A DNA stretch of 59,875 bases, filler included, from Globobulimina sp. (GCA_003354225.1; 14 parts of 14 records of this genome joined end to end with filler, not necessarily neighbours in it), one strand, 5' to 3'; shown: positions 12,866 through 25,628, counted from the whole stretch's first letter. Numbers and translations are program-made. Notes: generated from the letters alone by a model not told the origin.

Positions 12866-15730
12866 ACTGCGACTGCGCGATGAACGACCTGTTGCTGGAT
12901 CTGAATCGGAATCATATTGCCCGGATTCCAATGATTTGCGAATTGATTCCCACCGAGAAGACCTGCGTCGAAATGATAGTGAACGGTTAATATTAAAATC
13001 TGGTGTTGATACAAATAATCCTGGACTCTCATCACAATTAATCACAGTGCCATTGTCGCAATCTGTGTCCGTGTCTGTGTCTGTCGGTTGCGACTGCATT
13101 GGTACAGTCAATCTGGATACATTGACCTGTGTGGTTGGGATAATATTATCTGCTGATTTTGAGACATCATCATTGGTGGAAGCGCCGGTGTGGTCGGACA
13201 GCAATTCCAGGTTTTTAACCTTTGGAGTTATTGCCAGAAAAAGTTTGTTCTTGTTTGGTGGAGGCGTAATTGGTGGGAACTGCGACAGTTTGATGTGATT
13301 TTGATTGCTTTCTATCTCCACTTTGAGGATTTTATTACTATCATTATTTTCCGAATTGTTATTGTTGTGGGGATACTTAGCGCGACACGCACAGAAATAT
13401 CGCCATTCCCATCTATGATTACCTAACGACGAGGTTCCATTATTATTCATTGTCATTGATTGTTGCTGCTGCATTGAGTTCGTATGTTTGTGTTTCAACT
13501 CGTTCACTAAATCATAATTACCCTCAGAAAATGTGGGAGCATCTGTTGGGTTCAGTCTTTTTATCGCATCCATTTCCCTCTGTTTCTTTATTTTCGCTTC
13601 CAATTGATTCCGGTGATCAGCTTCAAAATTCTGCAAAACAATGGCTAAGAACATGTTTAATAAACAATACACCCCAATCAGTACAAAGGAGACAAAGTAT
13701 AAAATCGCCACGGTATTGGTGGCTCTCACGCCATCGTACATAATATTCACCCATTCCTCCAGCGTCAATATCTGGAATACAGTGACAAATGACCAATATA
13801 ATGAGTCGAAGTTAGATCGGGGTATCTCGTCCAAATTATATTCCGCGTCCTGAGGGAACAAATACTTTCCGCGAAATATCTGAAATCCCAGCATAGCATA
13901 CATGAATATGAAAATTAACAGCAATAAGGAGATGAAGGTAATGCTTCGAATAGATTTCTTGACCACTTTTATTAACCTCTGGAAGGACTCCAAATAGCGA
14001 ACGATTTTCATCACTCGGAAGACGCGCGCCATCCGGAACACTCTCGCTAAGCGAAACACCCTCGTTGCACTCAGAAAACCTGCGCCTGAAGAGATTAGTA
14101 TCTCAAATAACGATATCAATGCGATCAGACCATCGAATATGTTGAAGGTGTCGCTGACATACGAACGGAGCGAGAAGCCAGAGATTTTCAATACCATTTC
14201 TAATATGAATAACACTGTGAATATGTAATTGCAAATAGATAATATCTCGTCCAATACTTGAGGCTGACCGTGATGCTCTACAGTCAGCATCAACGTATTT
14301 ACTCCAATGCAGGCCATGAAAAAATTGTCGAACCACGTCTTAGATACAAGATGTTGTTCCACCCACTTACTTTTCAGAGAGAATATATTGCAGATTGGCG
14401 ACCGCTTAGCATTGTTACCAGTGTCGATGGTTAGTGATTGATGCTTTTTTGCTGTGTCTTCATTGTTGTCGTCGTCGTCGCTGCTCTCATCCCCATGGTT
14501 GTCATCATTGCCTTTGTCAATGGCGCCATTGGCCACAGTCGACAGTCTTTTATTTGTTTCCTCCGAGTCCAACATTTGTGCTTTAATGGCAACCAAAGTC
14601 AAATTAACCACAAAGAAGGAGCCAAATATGATCAATAATACAAAATAGGGCCATGTCCAAAAACTAAAGGCGTCCTGGATCCGATACATCAAAACTGTCC
14701 ATTTTTCCATAGTCACAGAAACGAAGATACCTAATACCGCCACGCCGAGATTGTCGAATGATAATAAGTCAAAGTTTGGATTAACGTCGGTATAGACGCA
14801 GGAGTAGCCATTGCGACAGGATCGAGTACCAATGTCGTTGCCGCAGTTGGGCTGTTGCGTCGGTCGCGTATTAGCTATCTCGTCGAAGAGCAGCGTGGCG
14901 TCATTCTGACATCGATAGCGTAGCTTGCCAGAAAACAATTGGACTCCCACCAGTCCCCAGATTAAAAATAAAAATGATAACAGTACAAAAGCATTGGTCA
15001 ATAAAGGAATAGCACTCACAAATTGCTGCAGTAATATTTGCAAATCTGGCACCATTGCCAGAAAACGCAGCGGTCGCAACACTTTACCGATGCCAATCCA
15101 TTGTACAATGTGCTTGTTGCTTTCGTAGACGGTGTATCTTAATATTAGTTCTAAAACAGACGAACATACCACAACGAAATCGATCTGGTTCCAGGTGTCG
15201 TGCAAATAGGAGTTCTTTCCGAGGACGAGGCCGTATGTTAATACTTTTAGACAGGTCTCTATCACATAAAATGAGGTACATATGATCTCGACGAATAATA
15301 TGACGTATTGCAAGTTTGACGTTGCTGATTTTGTGGGGTCGTCTAATGATAAAAAGATGATATTTAAAGAGATGACAAATAGTACCAAAGTATCGAAGTA
15401 TTTATGATTTACTATTTTTTGGTGTAAGTATTGCCGGAATCGAGAATCGCGATGAATAAAAAATAATGAATATTCTTCTAATGCGTGGTCGTTTGCTTCT
15501 TTTTCTTTTTGTTTCTTCTTTTCGACCATTAACTGAGTTAATGCTAAAAAATCGGAGACATTGTTCACTGATTTTCTTTGTGCGAATTGGTTAGTTTTTG
15601 AATTCTTTGGTTTTGAAGGGAAAAGTATCGTTGTTAGTTTTCGTTGAGGGCTTGGATTAGCGCCCGATTCTGCATTTTGATTAGATTTCGGGACTACTGT
15701 GGCAAACGCTGACGGGGATAGTATCCTCAT
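12866..15730 (-). CDS. Voltage-gated Ca2+/Na+ channel alpha subunit, domains I-II (3' partial)
   Basis: Two 6-TM repeats, S4 segments KVLRPLRFL and RVFRLARVFRMARVFRVMK, and pore loops TMEKW and TLEEW. Confidence 0.92.
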
Positions 15731-15944
15731 ATTATAATTAGATGTATATCACTATGACTTGTAATGGTGATCATAATTGTTGTCCATTTGATGTTTTGAT
15801 TATGGATATTTGTCAAATATTTAAACGACCGCATGACGTTTCATATATCTAGGGCTTAGCTCTCAATATCTCAAAAACAAGCAAATAATTTATTAATTAA
15901 ACTCTACACAAATTATAGACAAATATACATATAAAAAAGGGAAG

Positions 15945-16787
15945 TTACAGCATCGCTTTCCAACCAACAATAGCAATAACAATGAGAATAAGACTGAAAA
16001 ATGCCTGATTGGATAATAAATGTTTGATGTTTTGCCACATAAAATTAGAAGTATTTCTCGCTAATGCATTGCCATCGTTACTTCTTGGAAATGGAATGTT
16101 TGGTACCTCAACCTCTAAAAATCTACATAACGGCTCCCATCCTTCTTTCACTTTATACACTAACACGCGGTGTTTATACCGTTCATCATTTGTCATATAT
16201 TTTATTCTTTCATCGACATGATCAAATACATGTTTCTTGTCATTATAAAACGTATCCATTCCACCAAATTCTTCCACAGATTTTGGTATTAATTGAGTTG
16301 CAATAAAATGCATTGTATCAACCAACCGAAAGCATACTAAAAACCGCATCAATGGATTATAAAAATAAAGATTCAATGCAAAAATACAAGATTTGTACCA
16401 CCTTTCCTTATCTCGTACAGTTAATATCAGTTTGCAATTTGGGTAATATTCCGCTAACTCTTCCCAATAAAAAAATGTTGGCCAATCTACTGCTGATTGT
16501 GCCCCATTTGCTAACTGACCATAAAATTCATCAAAATCAACTGATTTTTTGTCAGTTTTTAGTTGTTTATCAATGGTCCTCCACCACATTAACGCATTCG
16601 CTTTATCAGCATCTGACATTATATCAATAATATGCCAACACGGCGAAAATCCCAATTCTTCCAATGCCATTTTTAGCGAATAAGATCCTGTTCGAGAGAA
16701 CCCAGCACCAATGACTTTCAAATCATGTTTTCCGATCCATTTTGGATTCCGCGATACTGACGTTTGTGCCGTAGGTTGCTCTGCCAT
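15945..16787 (-). CDS. Sulfotransferase-like P-loop protein (Sulfotransfer_4 type) with C-terminal TM anchor
   Basis: KVIGAGFSRTGSYSLKMALEELG, AVDWP, KLILTVRD..RWYKS, EGWEPLCRFL..P..PFPRSN. Confidence 0.85.
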   Translation of the reverse strand: MAEQPTAQTSVSRNPKWIGKHDLKVIGAGFSRTGSYSLKMALEELGFSPCWHIIDIMSDADKANALMWWRTIDKQLKTDKKSVDFDEFYGQLANGAQSAVDWPTFFYWEELAEYYPNCKLILTVRDKERWYKSCIFALNLYFYNPLMRFLVCFRLVDTMHFIATQLIPKSVEEFGGMDTFYNDKKHVFDHVDERIKYMTNDERYKHRVLVYKVKEGWEPLCRFLEVEVPNIPFPRSNDGNALARNTSNFMWQNIKHLLSNQAFFSLILIVIAIVGWKAML

Positions 16788-16839
16788 TGGATGACTAGTT
16801 CACTTAATAGAGATTTTCCCACAAGATTTAATTTTGATA

Positions 16840-17053
16840 ATGTCAGTGCTGCCAACGGTGATAATCACGGGAGCTTCTCAAGGCATTGGCAGAGCAATTG
16901 CGATTGCTTTATCTCAAACTAAATGTTATAAATTAGCATTGCTATCAAGAAATGAAATAAATTTGAATCAAACTGTGAAACTTTGTCGTAATGTCAATGA
17001 ATCGGTAACAATATTATCACTAATATGTGATTTGACGGATGATGACAGATTAA
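16840..17053 (+). CDS. Short-chain dehydrogenase/reductase (3' partial)
   Basis: TVIITGASQGIGRAIA Rossmann motif and CDLTD. Confidence 0.85.
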
Positions 17054-17153
17054 NNNNNNNNNNNNNNNNNNNNNNNNNNNNNNNNNNNNNNNNNNNNTTA
17101 ATTAATTAANNNNNNNNNNNNNNNNNNNNNNNNNNNNNNNNNNNNNNNNNNNN

Positions 17154-17272
17154 GCAGATATTGCACCCCAGAAACCAGCGGCATTGGCCATTTTATTCAA
17201 GGAGGCAGAGGCTATATATTGTGGCTGTACCGGGGTTATTAATTCATTATATCTTTCATCATTAATTGTTAT
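17154..17272 (+). repeat. 119-nt terminal direct repeat of contig 5 (identical to 21223-21341), a circular-assembly overlap
   Basis: The first and last 119 nt of the contig are identical. Confidence 0.95.
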
Positions 17273-17468
17273 TTTACAACATGTGAATACAAATAAATAT
17301 AATAACAGAAAGAAAAAATTAACAAAGATTGTGTTGTCCGGGGTGGAAGATATAAAATTATCGGATTCTGAATTTTTACAATATACAAATTTAATACATG
17401 ATAAAGTCCAATGGACGCTCGAACAAACTGATGATTCTGTTTTAACTTTAATAAAATGTGTGGTTTAA
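17203..17468 (+). CDS. 3' fragment of a hypothetical gene
   Basis: Open frame AEAIYCGCTG...LIKCVV* starting at the chimeric junction. Confidence 0.4.
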
Positions 17469-17609
17469 TAATAATTGAGTTATGAATGTTATTTACAACC
17501 TTTTTTAATTCGTTATTAAATTCAGTTAAAATTAAAAAACTCGATCACAAAACTTTCTACAACTAAATCCCTGTCTGACAGCTCTTTAATTTGTTTTTTT
17601 ATTGTAATC

Positions 17610-18017
17610 ATGGATATGATGGTGCAAAAGAGATATTGTGATTATGATTATGATAATAATTGTATTATATTGTTTGATGCAGCCGATGCTGAGAAACCTA
17701 CAGATGAATTAAATATTTGTTGGATTTCGGGCAGTGACATACACAGCAAATTAGAAAGTAAAAAACAAAAAGAAACAATAAATAAAAAAGCAACAAAAGT
17801 TCCATTGTGTCAATATTTAGAGATAAAACATGAAAAAAAAATGCAAGTACGGCAACAATTCGTGGACAATTATCAACAAACTGTTATAAATAATAAATGG
17901 TATACAAATAATCACAATACAAATAATATGAATTATTTAATGAATTATCATTCTAAATATAAAATGTGTAATAATCAATCATTTGTACAGAATAATCCAT
18001 CTCTTTATTCTCGATAA
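17610..18017 (+). CDS. Hypothetical protein
   Basis: 135-aa ORF with an ATG start, followed by an AT-rich 3' region. Confidence 0.5.
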   Translation: MDMMVQKRYCDYDYDNNCIILFDAADAEKPTDELNICWISGSDIHSKLESKKQKETINKKATKVPLCQYLEIKHEKKMQVRQQFVDNYQQTVINNKWYTNNHNTNNMNYLMNYHSKYKMCNNQSFVQNNPSLYSR

Positions 18018-18440
18018 CTCAAATTAATATTAATAATCTCAAAAAAAAAATAAATGCATTGTAAGTTTATTCGATAGAACATATTTTCAAAATGTTCTTT
18101 ATTTATTTATAATTATTTGTTTTGTCTTAATGTTTTTTATTTTTTACATTATTTTTTTTTTGAGCAATTTCAGCATTTATTCTTTCTTTTATTTATATTT
18201 AAATTATACTACGCAATTTAAGCAATTTCAGCACTGATTATTAGTCTGTATACAAATATATGATGAGAACAAAGGGTACGATATTAATTCGGTTTTATTA
18301 TATGTACAAACTGAAACAGTTTGATACCTCGATAATTCCGTTTGTGCTCAATGGTGCTGCGCTTAGCGCGGACCATTCATGAATCAAAGTAACGCAAATT
18401 TATTATCTAGCTGGAAATTATGGCACAGTCAATTGGAATG

Positions 18441-19517
18441 TTAACTTTTTTTATCATATTTAAAATGGAAAATTCTATATTTATCCATTCGTCGTAAACG
18501 TATTAACAATTTTTCACTTAAATACTTTTCTTCAATAAGATTATCATCAAATGTTGATTGATCAACAATCATTCCCTTTGCGTAAAATGGTATAAATCGA
18601 TTATTTGTTGCATGGTATCGATAATATGATGCATATGAATATGACAAAATACCTTCTGTTAATATTGCTAATTTGTATAATTTAAAACAGAGACTCAAAT
18701 ATCCGATAAATCCAATAATTGATATCCGAATATATATCCATTTCATATCAACAACATTCAAACTAAATAAATAAAATATAAGCCATAGGCTCATCTCACA
18801 AAAGTAGTTTGGAAACCGGCAGAATTTGCGTAATCCAGTCATTAAGAAATCATATTTCCAGCCATAAAAAGTGCCACCTTTTTCAACTATCATTTCATCC
18901 AAATTATACCTAATCGAATGGCCACGTAACATCTTATTAAATTTTATTTTCTTAAATTCAGTCATTTCATAATCGGCCACTGTTTCAAATGTAAAAAATA
19001 ACAAATACAACACTGATAATCCGTAATCAGTGGGCAATAATGATGCATTATAATATATAATGTACAAAGGCATATTCACCATCAAAAACCATGAAAGAAT
19101 TTGATATAAATTACCAACAAAAAATAAATACAATTCCCAAATAATCGGAGTTTTCGGATTATAAATGAATGTAAACACAACATCACACCGAGAATCTTGT
19201 TGGAATTTACCTCTTTTTGTTAATTTGTTATTTATGTAATATACCATACGAATGCCCCAAACTGTGGTTAATAATCCGATGACTAATAATCTCACATTAC
19301 AGGCATTTTTGTGATAATAATAATGCATATTTGCAATAAGGCAATAAATGATTGGTATAATACCTCGCAGTTTGTCAACAAATGATAAGTTGTTTTTTAC
19401 CTTACATTGAATATAGCAATATAATAAAATAACAATTGTTATAAATGTTTCGATATACAATACATTCTCGTTTTTGAATGAGGAAATAGGTTTTACTAAG
19501 TACTGCAGGGACGACAT
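18441..19517 (-). CDS. DUF1295 / steroid 5-alpha-reductase-like membrane protein
   Basis: SFVD, WGIR, DSR, ETVADYEM..FK, FLMTGL.KFCRFPNYFCE..W, Y.RY...NRFIP. Confidence 0.85.
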   Translation of the reverse strand: MSSLQYLVKPISSFKNENVLYIETFITIVILLYCYIQCKVKNNLSFVDKLRGIIPIIYCLIANMHYYYHKNACNVRLLVIGLLTTVWGIRMVYYINNKLTKRGKFQQDSRCDVVFTFIYNPKTPIIWELYLFFVGNLYQILSWFLMVNMPLYIIYYNASLLPTDYGLSVLYLLFFTFETVADYEMTEFKKIKFNKMLRGHSIRYNLDEMIVEKGGTFYGWKYDFLMTGLRKFCRFPNYFCEMSLWLIFYLFSLNVVDMKWIYIRISIIGFIGYLSLCFKLYKLAILTEGILSYSYASYYRYHATNNRFIPFYAKGMIVDQSTFDDNLIEEKYLSEKLLIRLRRMDKYRIFHFKYDKKS

Positions 19518-19572
19518 GAAAAACAGTTTTGAATGAAAACACTTTGCCTGTCAATAACTTAAAATTATCTGT

Positions 19573-20820
19573 TTATACATAGTCCGTATTTTTCTTTTCC
19601 TCCTCTTCATCGTCGTCATACTCCGAATGAGAATGAGAAGCATCCTCATCCTCGTCATCATATTCACTGACATCAAGTTCCAACAATTGAGGCATTGGAA
19701 AGCGTAATATCGCCGCTATGCCACTGATTTGTTTCAACTGCTCACCAGAAACATGCAAACTTGAAAATATCTGGATTTCAGCGCCATTATTTTTACATTG
19801 TTCCACAATATTCACATATTTTTGTCTTTTTTTCAAATTGGTCGCTCTAAATAATTCATCCGTGATCATTAACGTTTGAATAGCTTGCGATTGATTGGCC
19901 ATTTCAATGTGAACCGGTCCATAAATAGCTTTTGTTTCGTCCACATTCAATATTTTAAAGAATTCATCCAATAAATTAGTCTGATCCGAGGCTTTGGTGT
20001 CGCCCAATTTTGCCACCATTTCCTTGTTTGCTAACACCTGTTTTATCGCTGATTTATGCCCATTCGAACAATGGCCACGAATAAATTTATTTTTATTTTT
20101 CAGTAATTTCTCATAATCTTTATTTTTCTGTTGCAAATTCACACATTTCTTCCACATATATTCATACAAATCGTCTTTAATAAATGCAGGCGAGGCTAAA
20201 ATGCAACATTTACAAACATTAAAATCAATGTGTCGCACAATGGAAAGCACGATTAAATCATAGAATTTTAGTATAGCTTTGTCGTGGCGGCTGGAGGAAC
20301 CTATACGTTTTCGCGGAATTGATTTCTCAATTTTTGCTTTACAAATAGTCATTTCACGCGTTATCAGACATAAATGTGCCAAACCATTGCCATCCATTAC
20401 AATTACAGCCAAGTCTGCGGATTTGGACGGATGGGATGCCATATCCACGCGTTGTAAGTCAATAAAATCCCATTTACTTTTATGAATAGAAAATGCGCGA
20501 TTTATAACCAAATCGATGGTATGCGATTGACCTAAGGAAATGTGTTTGTTTTCACGGATATTTGTCCCTTTTACGCGCATCGATGAGGTGGAGGTATCAT
20601 AGTCAATGGCATCAATCAAGATTGTTATTTTGGTTTTTATGCGTTTGGTGTTGGATGAGCCTGTCGATGATATTAACGATACATTGCGAATGGTGACGGA
20701 GCTTAAATGATCTCCAATGCGCAATAAATTGTAAATATGCCAGAAATCCTCAGCAACTTCACATTCCAACTTGATGTCTCCCGAACCATCTTTTATTATT
20801 TTTTTGAAGATAACTTTCAT
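19573..20820 (-). CDS. PELO: Protein pelota (Dom34 homolog)
   Basis: EDFWHIYNLL..GD, KSIPRKR, ILASPAFIKD, LMITDELFR, IFSSLHVSGEQLKQISGIAAILRFP. Confidence 0.96.
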   Translation of the reverse strand: MKVIFKKIIKDGSGDIKLECEVAEDFWHIYNLLRIGDHLSSVTIRNVSLISSTGSSNTKRIKTKITILIDAIDYDTSTSSMRVKGTNIRENKHISLGQSHTIDLVINRAFSIHKSKWDFIDLQRVDMASHPSKSADLAVIVMDGNGLAHLCLITREMTICKAKIEKSIPRKRIGSSSRHDKAILKFYDLIVLSIVRHIDFNVCKCCILASPAFIKDDLYEYMWKKCVNLQQKNKDYEKLLKNKNKFIRGHCSNGHKSAIKQVLANKEMVAKLGDTKASDQTNLLDEFFKILNVDETKAIYGPVHIEMANQSQAIQTLMITDELFRATNLKKRQKYVNIVEQCKNNGAEIQIFSSLHVSGEQLKQISGIAAILRFPMPQLLELDVSEYDDEDEDASHSHSEYDDDEEEEKKNTDYV

Positions 20821-20883
20821 TGCAAATGAAGCAAGGATGAGAATTGAGAAAGCAAGTAAAAAACGTTTAAGTTTAATAACACA

Positions 20884-21272
20884 ATGTCAGCTACGTCAGC
20901 AGTTGCCAAACGAATTGGGACATTATCCCAACGCCAGACTCTTGGTGGCACCTTAAATCTAGCCGTAAATTCCGCACTAGGAAGGACAAGCTATCAAGAT
21001 TTGGGATTAAATGAAACCTATCCATCGCCTGAATATCCACAACCTATACTCGATCCCTGCGAGACAAATCTATCCACCTTATCCAATGGAATGACCGTCG
21101 TTTCGCGAGTTACAAATGACCCAATCACAAATATTGGCGTATGTTATTGCATAAATATAAAAAAAACGCCACGTACATAAATTTCCAACAATTTCAACAA
21201 CAGTTATTCGTAAATGCGGGCAGCAGATATTGCACCCCAGAAACCAGCGGCATTGGCCATTTTATTCAAGGA
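20884..21272 (+). CDS. Mitochondrial processing peptidase / M16 family N-terminal fragment, truncated by a chimeric junction
   Basis: Presequence-like N-terminus, STLSNGMTVVS; removing intron 21139-21203 gives IG|LFVNAGSRY..ETSGIGHF. Confidence 0.8.
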
Positions 21273-21443
21273 GGCAGAGGCTATATATTGTGGCTGTACC
21301 GGGGTTATTAATTCATTATATCTTTCATCATTAATTGTTATNNNNNNNNNNNNNNNNNNNNNNNNNNNNNNNNNNNNNNNNNNNNTTAATTAATTAANNN
21401 NNNNNNNNNNNNNNNNNNNNNNNNNNNNNNNNNNNNNNNNNGA

Positions 21444-21584
21444 AGCATCCGGTCTTCAGCGTCAGATTTTTATTGGGGTAAGGTGTAAGCAAACAGTTTC
21501 TGGTGACTGATAAGGGTAAAAATAATATAGGTTTGCCTTCGTTTCTCAGAAACAATAAAAATCTGACGTTGAAAACCGGATGCT
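21444..21584. repeat. Inverted repeat, 32-nt arms (30/32) around a 77-nt spacer
   Basis: agcatccggtcttcagcgtcagatttttattg versus caataaaaatctgacgttgaaaaccggatgct. Confidence 0.9.
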
Positions 21585-21882
21585 CTTTAATATCGACACC
21601 ACCTAATAAACAACACGTAGATCTCGATGATATTGATATTGATCTATTGGTGTTGTCAATGAAAACAGGTTTACATATTTGTGATCGAACCTGGTGCCTG
21701 CTGGTGGTTCAAAACCTATAAACAATGTTTTATCGCATCATAATGTATGAGCTGGCTAATAAATAATCAAAATCAAATCTGTGAAACACGTGAATGACTT
21801 AATTCTTTGTGTAATTGTGTTACATAATTGATGATCTAGCTACAGTAAATGCGAAACCAGCGGTCGAAAACTGTACCTTAGA

Positions 21883-24800
21883 ATGTCCACCAATGTACCA
21901 CTGTTAACAGCCGATAAAACTGCATATACACCGCATTATGATAATGCTGATCCATTTGAACAAAAAATAAATGAAGAACGTAAATTTGAACGTAGTCCTG
22001 GTTCTGGTGCTGCCAACAGCAAATATAATATTAATATGTCCAATAATTTACGATCAGGTTTGCAATTGATTTAATATCATATTCACTTTAGTTTTACTGA
22101 GAAAAAGCACACACACACAAAGAAAAGGAAATTATGGATTTTTTGGATCGTTACATGTTTACCTTAACCACCACAGACGTTTTATGTATTTATTTTTTAA
22201 GCCCATTGTCGATTTTTTTGAATATTTGCTTCATTTTATATAATATGTATAAACTATTTATTGCCAATGATAATTCATTCATTGTAAATGGCCACAGCCA
22301 AGACACTGACGCTTATTTACTGATTTGTGCAAAAATCGTAACAGGATTTGAATTTGGTGGCCTTTGTATTCTATTACTTACATTGTTTTATATTTATATA
22401 TTCATGAAAAAAACTGAAAATTATGCAGCCTTCATTGATTTATTGGGATTACTTGGTTCGTGGTCTGCATTTAAACTGTTTTATCAATGTAGGCAGAGTG
22501 CCATATTCGAACATGTTTCGACTGTGATTAAAAATAATACACACAATGATAAAAAATATTGTCAAACATTGCAGAAAGAAATAGAAAGACTGGAACAACC
22601 CGTTTGTGATTTTCATATCAAAGAACAGCTCAGCCGCGAATTACAAAAACAATTAGAATCAAATGAGGATCAACACGCAAAGAAACAGAGACGAGGCTTG
22701 AAACAATTTATGACAGAATCTGCCTATGGTTTGGTGATATTATTATTATTTCTGGGCTTATTCATTGGCATATTATCATTATTGATGAAGTTGTCGCAGT
22801 TAAATTTCACCACAACCAAACCACTCAAAGATTGGACTTTATTAAATTGGTTTTACTGTATGGGTTTTTCCAATCAATTATGGAATATGGTGAATATGGA
22901 CCAGTTGAAAACGTTTACAATTTATGAATTTCTATACACAAACAACAGAAACATCTCTGCGTTGACCTCCAAAAAGTTAAAAAAGATGCTATATTTGGAC
23001 AGTTTAGTTAAGACCATACTGTGTACACAATATCGGTGGAAAGGTGTCTTAATATCCGCATACATGCAGTCATCATATATTTTGCAAATATTGCTTAAGA
23101 ATCCATTTCAAAGTGAAAATCCGTCCACTTTTGAAGAATATCAACAATATGAGAACATTAATAAACTCATTGGAATCGGTACCGGTTCGGATGAACAAGA
23201 TTCAGCAATGAGCGTTAACAACAAACACAAAAAGATTCATCACAACCGCTCTGGTACCATTCTCGAGGATGTACTATACAAAGCTTCCAAAGTTATGTCA
23301 GAGGAAAATAAAAAATGGAAACATTTACTTAATTCATATTTAAGTGACTTGAAATTGGAATCATTAACGATAAAGGATCCGATATCCGAGGCGCGATTAT
23401 TTGTGCAAGAGAGCAAAAGCGGTGACATTGTTGATGATATTCAATACAATCATATTAAAATTAAAATTAATACCATGTTCAGCAACTTATCATATTTATT
23501 TGAAAGCATTCAGGATTGGTTGGAAATATCTTTTATTGTCATTATTGTGACAACTATGATATCCTGCATTGTAACCTCGATGTTATCGCTATTTTATTAT
23601 CACGATTTGAGTGCAATGGATTCCTTATGCGAGGAGAGATTAATTTGGTTTGCATTGTGTATTACTATCATATTAATTGTGTCATTATTATTTATATTTA
23701 TTTGTCATGAATGCAAACCAGACAGCAAAACAACACAGAAACTGTTACAGTTAAATGTTGCATTGGTCGCATTATCCATCATTGCTACTTTTTGCATTGA
23801 CATTTTTTCTGATCAGCCGTGTGTTACAAATATTGCACATGACCGCTATCCGCATTATCATATTATACATATAGCGGTCTTAACAAATTTTTCATTGTTG
23901 TTAGTTTTGTTTTTACCAATATTTATTCATTTATTATTCCATCCATTTTATATAATCATTGCTTTGTTGAGCATAATTGGTGCAGCCACATTAATTTCTG
24001 ATGCTGTGTTTACATTTTGTTTGATATGGTTTGTCGTCCAAAATCACAACACATTCAAAGATAGATATGAAAATTATGATTTTTCCGACATCTGCGACAT
24101 TAATTTCACAGTAATTCTTATTATTGGGTGTTATTACACATTTAATATATTATTGTTTTTTCTACGAATGACGTGTACAAATTCAAATAAGTGGCATGCT
24201 TCCAAATGCATTAAGTATATGACATTGACAGTGTATGTTATATTGATGGCCTTATTCATTTATGATAATATGTATTTGACTGAGTCTACATGTGATTTTT
24301 GGCAAAATAATGTTAAAATGTATAACATAACAATGTACAGTGCCGCCCTTTCCTGTATTTTTTGGTTTGTAACATTTTTGATATGTTTTCCGGCGAACAC
24401 AATGAAAGATTTTGAAAGAATTAAGCAAATTAGTGATTTTTTAATGTATCATGCAGCGGCTGTATTTTGTTTGATTTTTATTCATTTAGTTGCGGACATA
24501 ATGGTATTTGCATTATCAATCTATATGTTATATAAACATGACATCATTCATGCAGATGACACATATCATGGTATTAATGTGGCATATAATTGCATTGTAC
24601 TTATGGTTGTATTCTTTAGTTTGGAGATCATATTTACAGCTATACGTTGGTTGGTTGATGGTTATGGATCAATGAAATTTTGTTTATTTATGGGGTATGC
24701 GGCAATGTTTTGCTTAGAATTATTGTATTTTTTAATGATAACAGTAACATGTTTTGGAGTGTTTGGTGTAATTGAATGGATGCATCAATTTAATAATATG

Positions 24801-25115
24801 GAATACAATGTGTTGATAATGTTAATATCTGTTTTGTTATTTGCACAATTTATTGGAATTATGATGCAACGTATCAGAAGAAATAATAACATACAAAATT
24901 GCTTCCAAATTGTAAATCATGACGAATTGCCGGAAGTTGAGAGATTAATAAGTATTGCACATAAAATACCTGCGTTTGCTGTATTGTTAAATCAAGGATT
25001 CATATTTATTTTTGAGGATACATCGATGGAGAGAGCAATATACCTTACTAACTACTCTTTGTTTAGTTTTAGCTTTGCTGTCAATAATTATTGGCAAGTT
25101 GCCATTGATAAGTGA
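21883..25115 (+). CDS. Large multi-pass membrane protein of unknown family (short first exon plus a 993-codon exon)
   Basis: Many hydrophobic segments. Probable intron TCAG|GTTTG...cacaaag at about 22058-22122. Confidence 0.75.
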
Positions 25116-25159
25116 GAAATTTTAAACTTTTTAGCTAAAAACTCGCTGAAGCAAGTTAC

Positions 25160-25628
25160 ATGGCAGAGAAAAAAGAAGAAAAAGAAAAAACACAACAAGA
25201 ATCAACAAACGACAATCTTACAATATATTCCTATCAATATGACGAAGGGTCAGACGAAGATCCCGAATACAATCCAGACGATGAACCACCCCAACAATCC
25301 GATGATGATTACGACGATGACATCGACAATGATGATGATATAAAAACGACTCCAACCCACACACCAGAAAAACAAATAGTGCCTAGAACATTTTCTGAGT
25401 TATCATCGCAATCAAATACATCACAACAAGTACACATTTTTTATTTTCTATTCATTTATTCCGCAATTTCGCGGTATAACTTTAATAACTTATAAACCAC
25501 AAACAAATACAAACTAAAACTCTTGACATTAACAGACATCATCACTACCACTCTCAGTCCCAATCTCCACGACAAACCCTGACGACATCGACATGAAAAT
25601 GGACTCGAACCAATCTCAAACTGCGATT
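25160..25628 (+). CDS. Acidic low-complexity protein N-terminus (spliced, 3' partial)
   Basis: ATG ORF rich in D/E, a GT-AG intron, then coding-like sequence to the edge. Confidence 0.55.
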
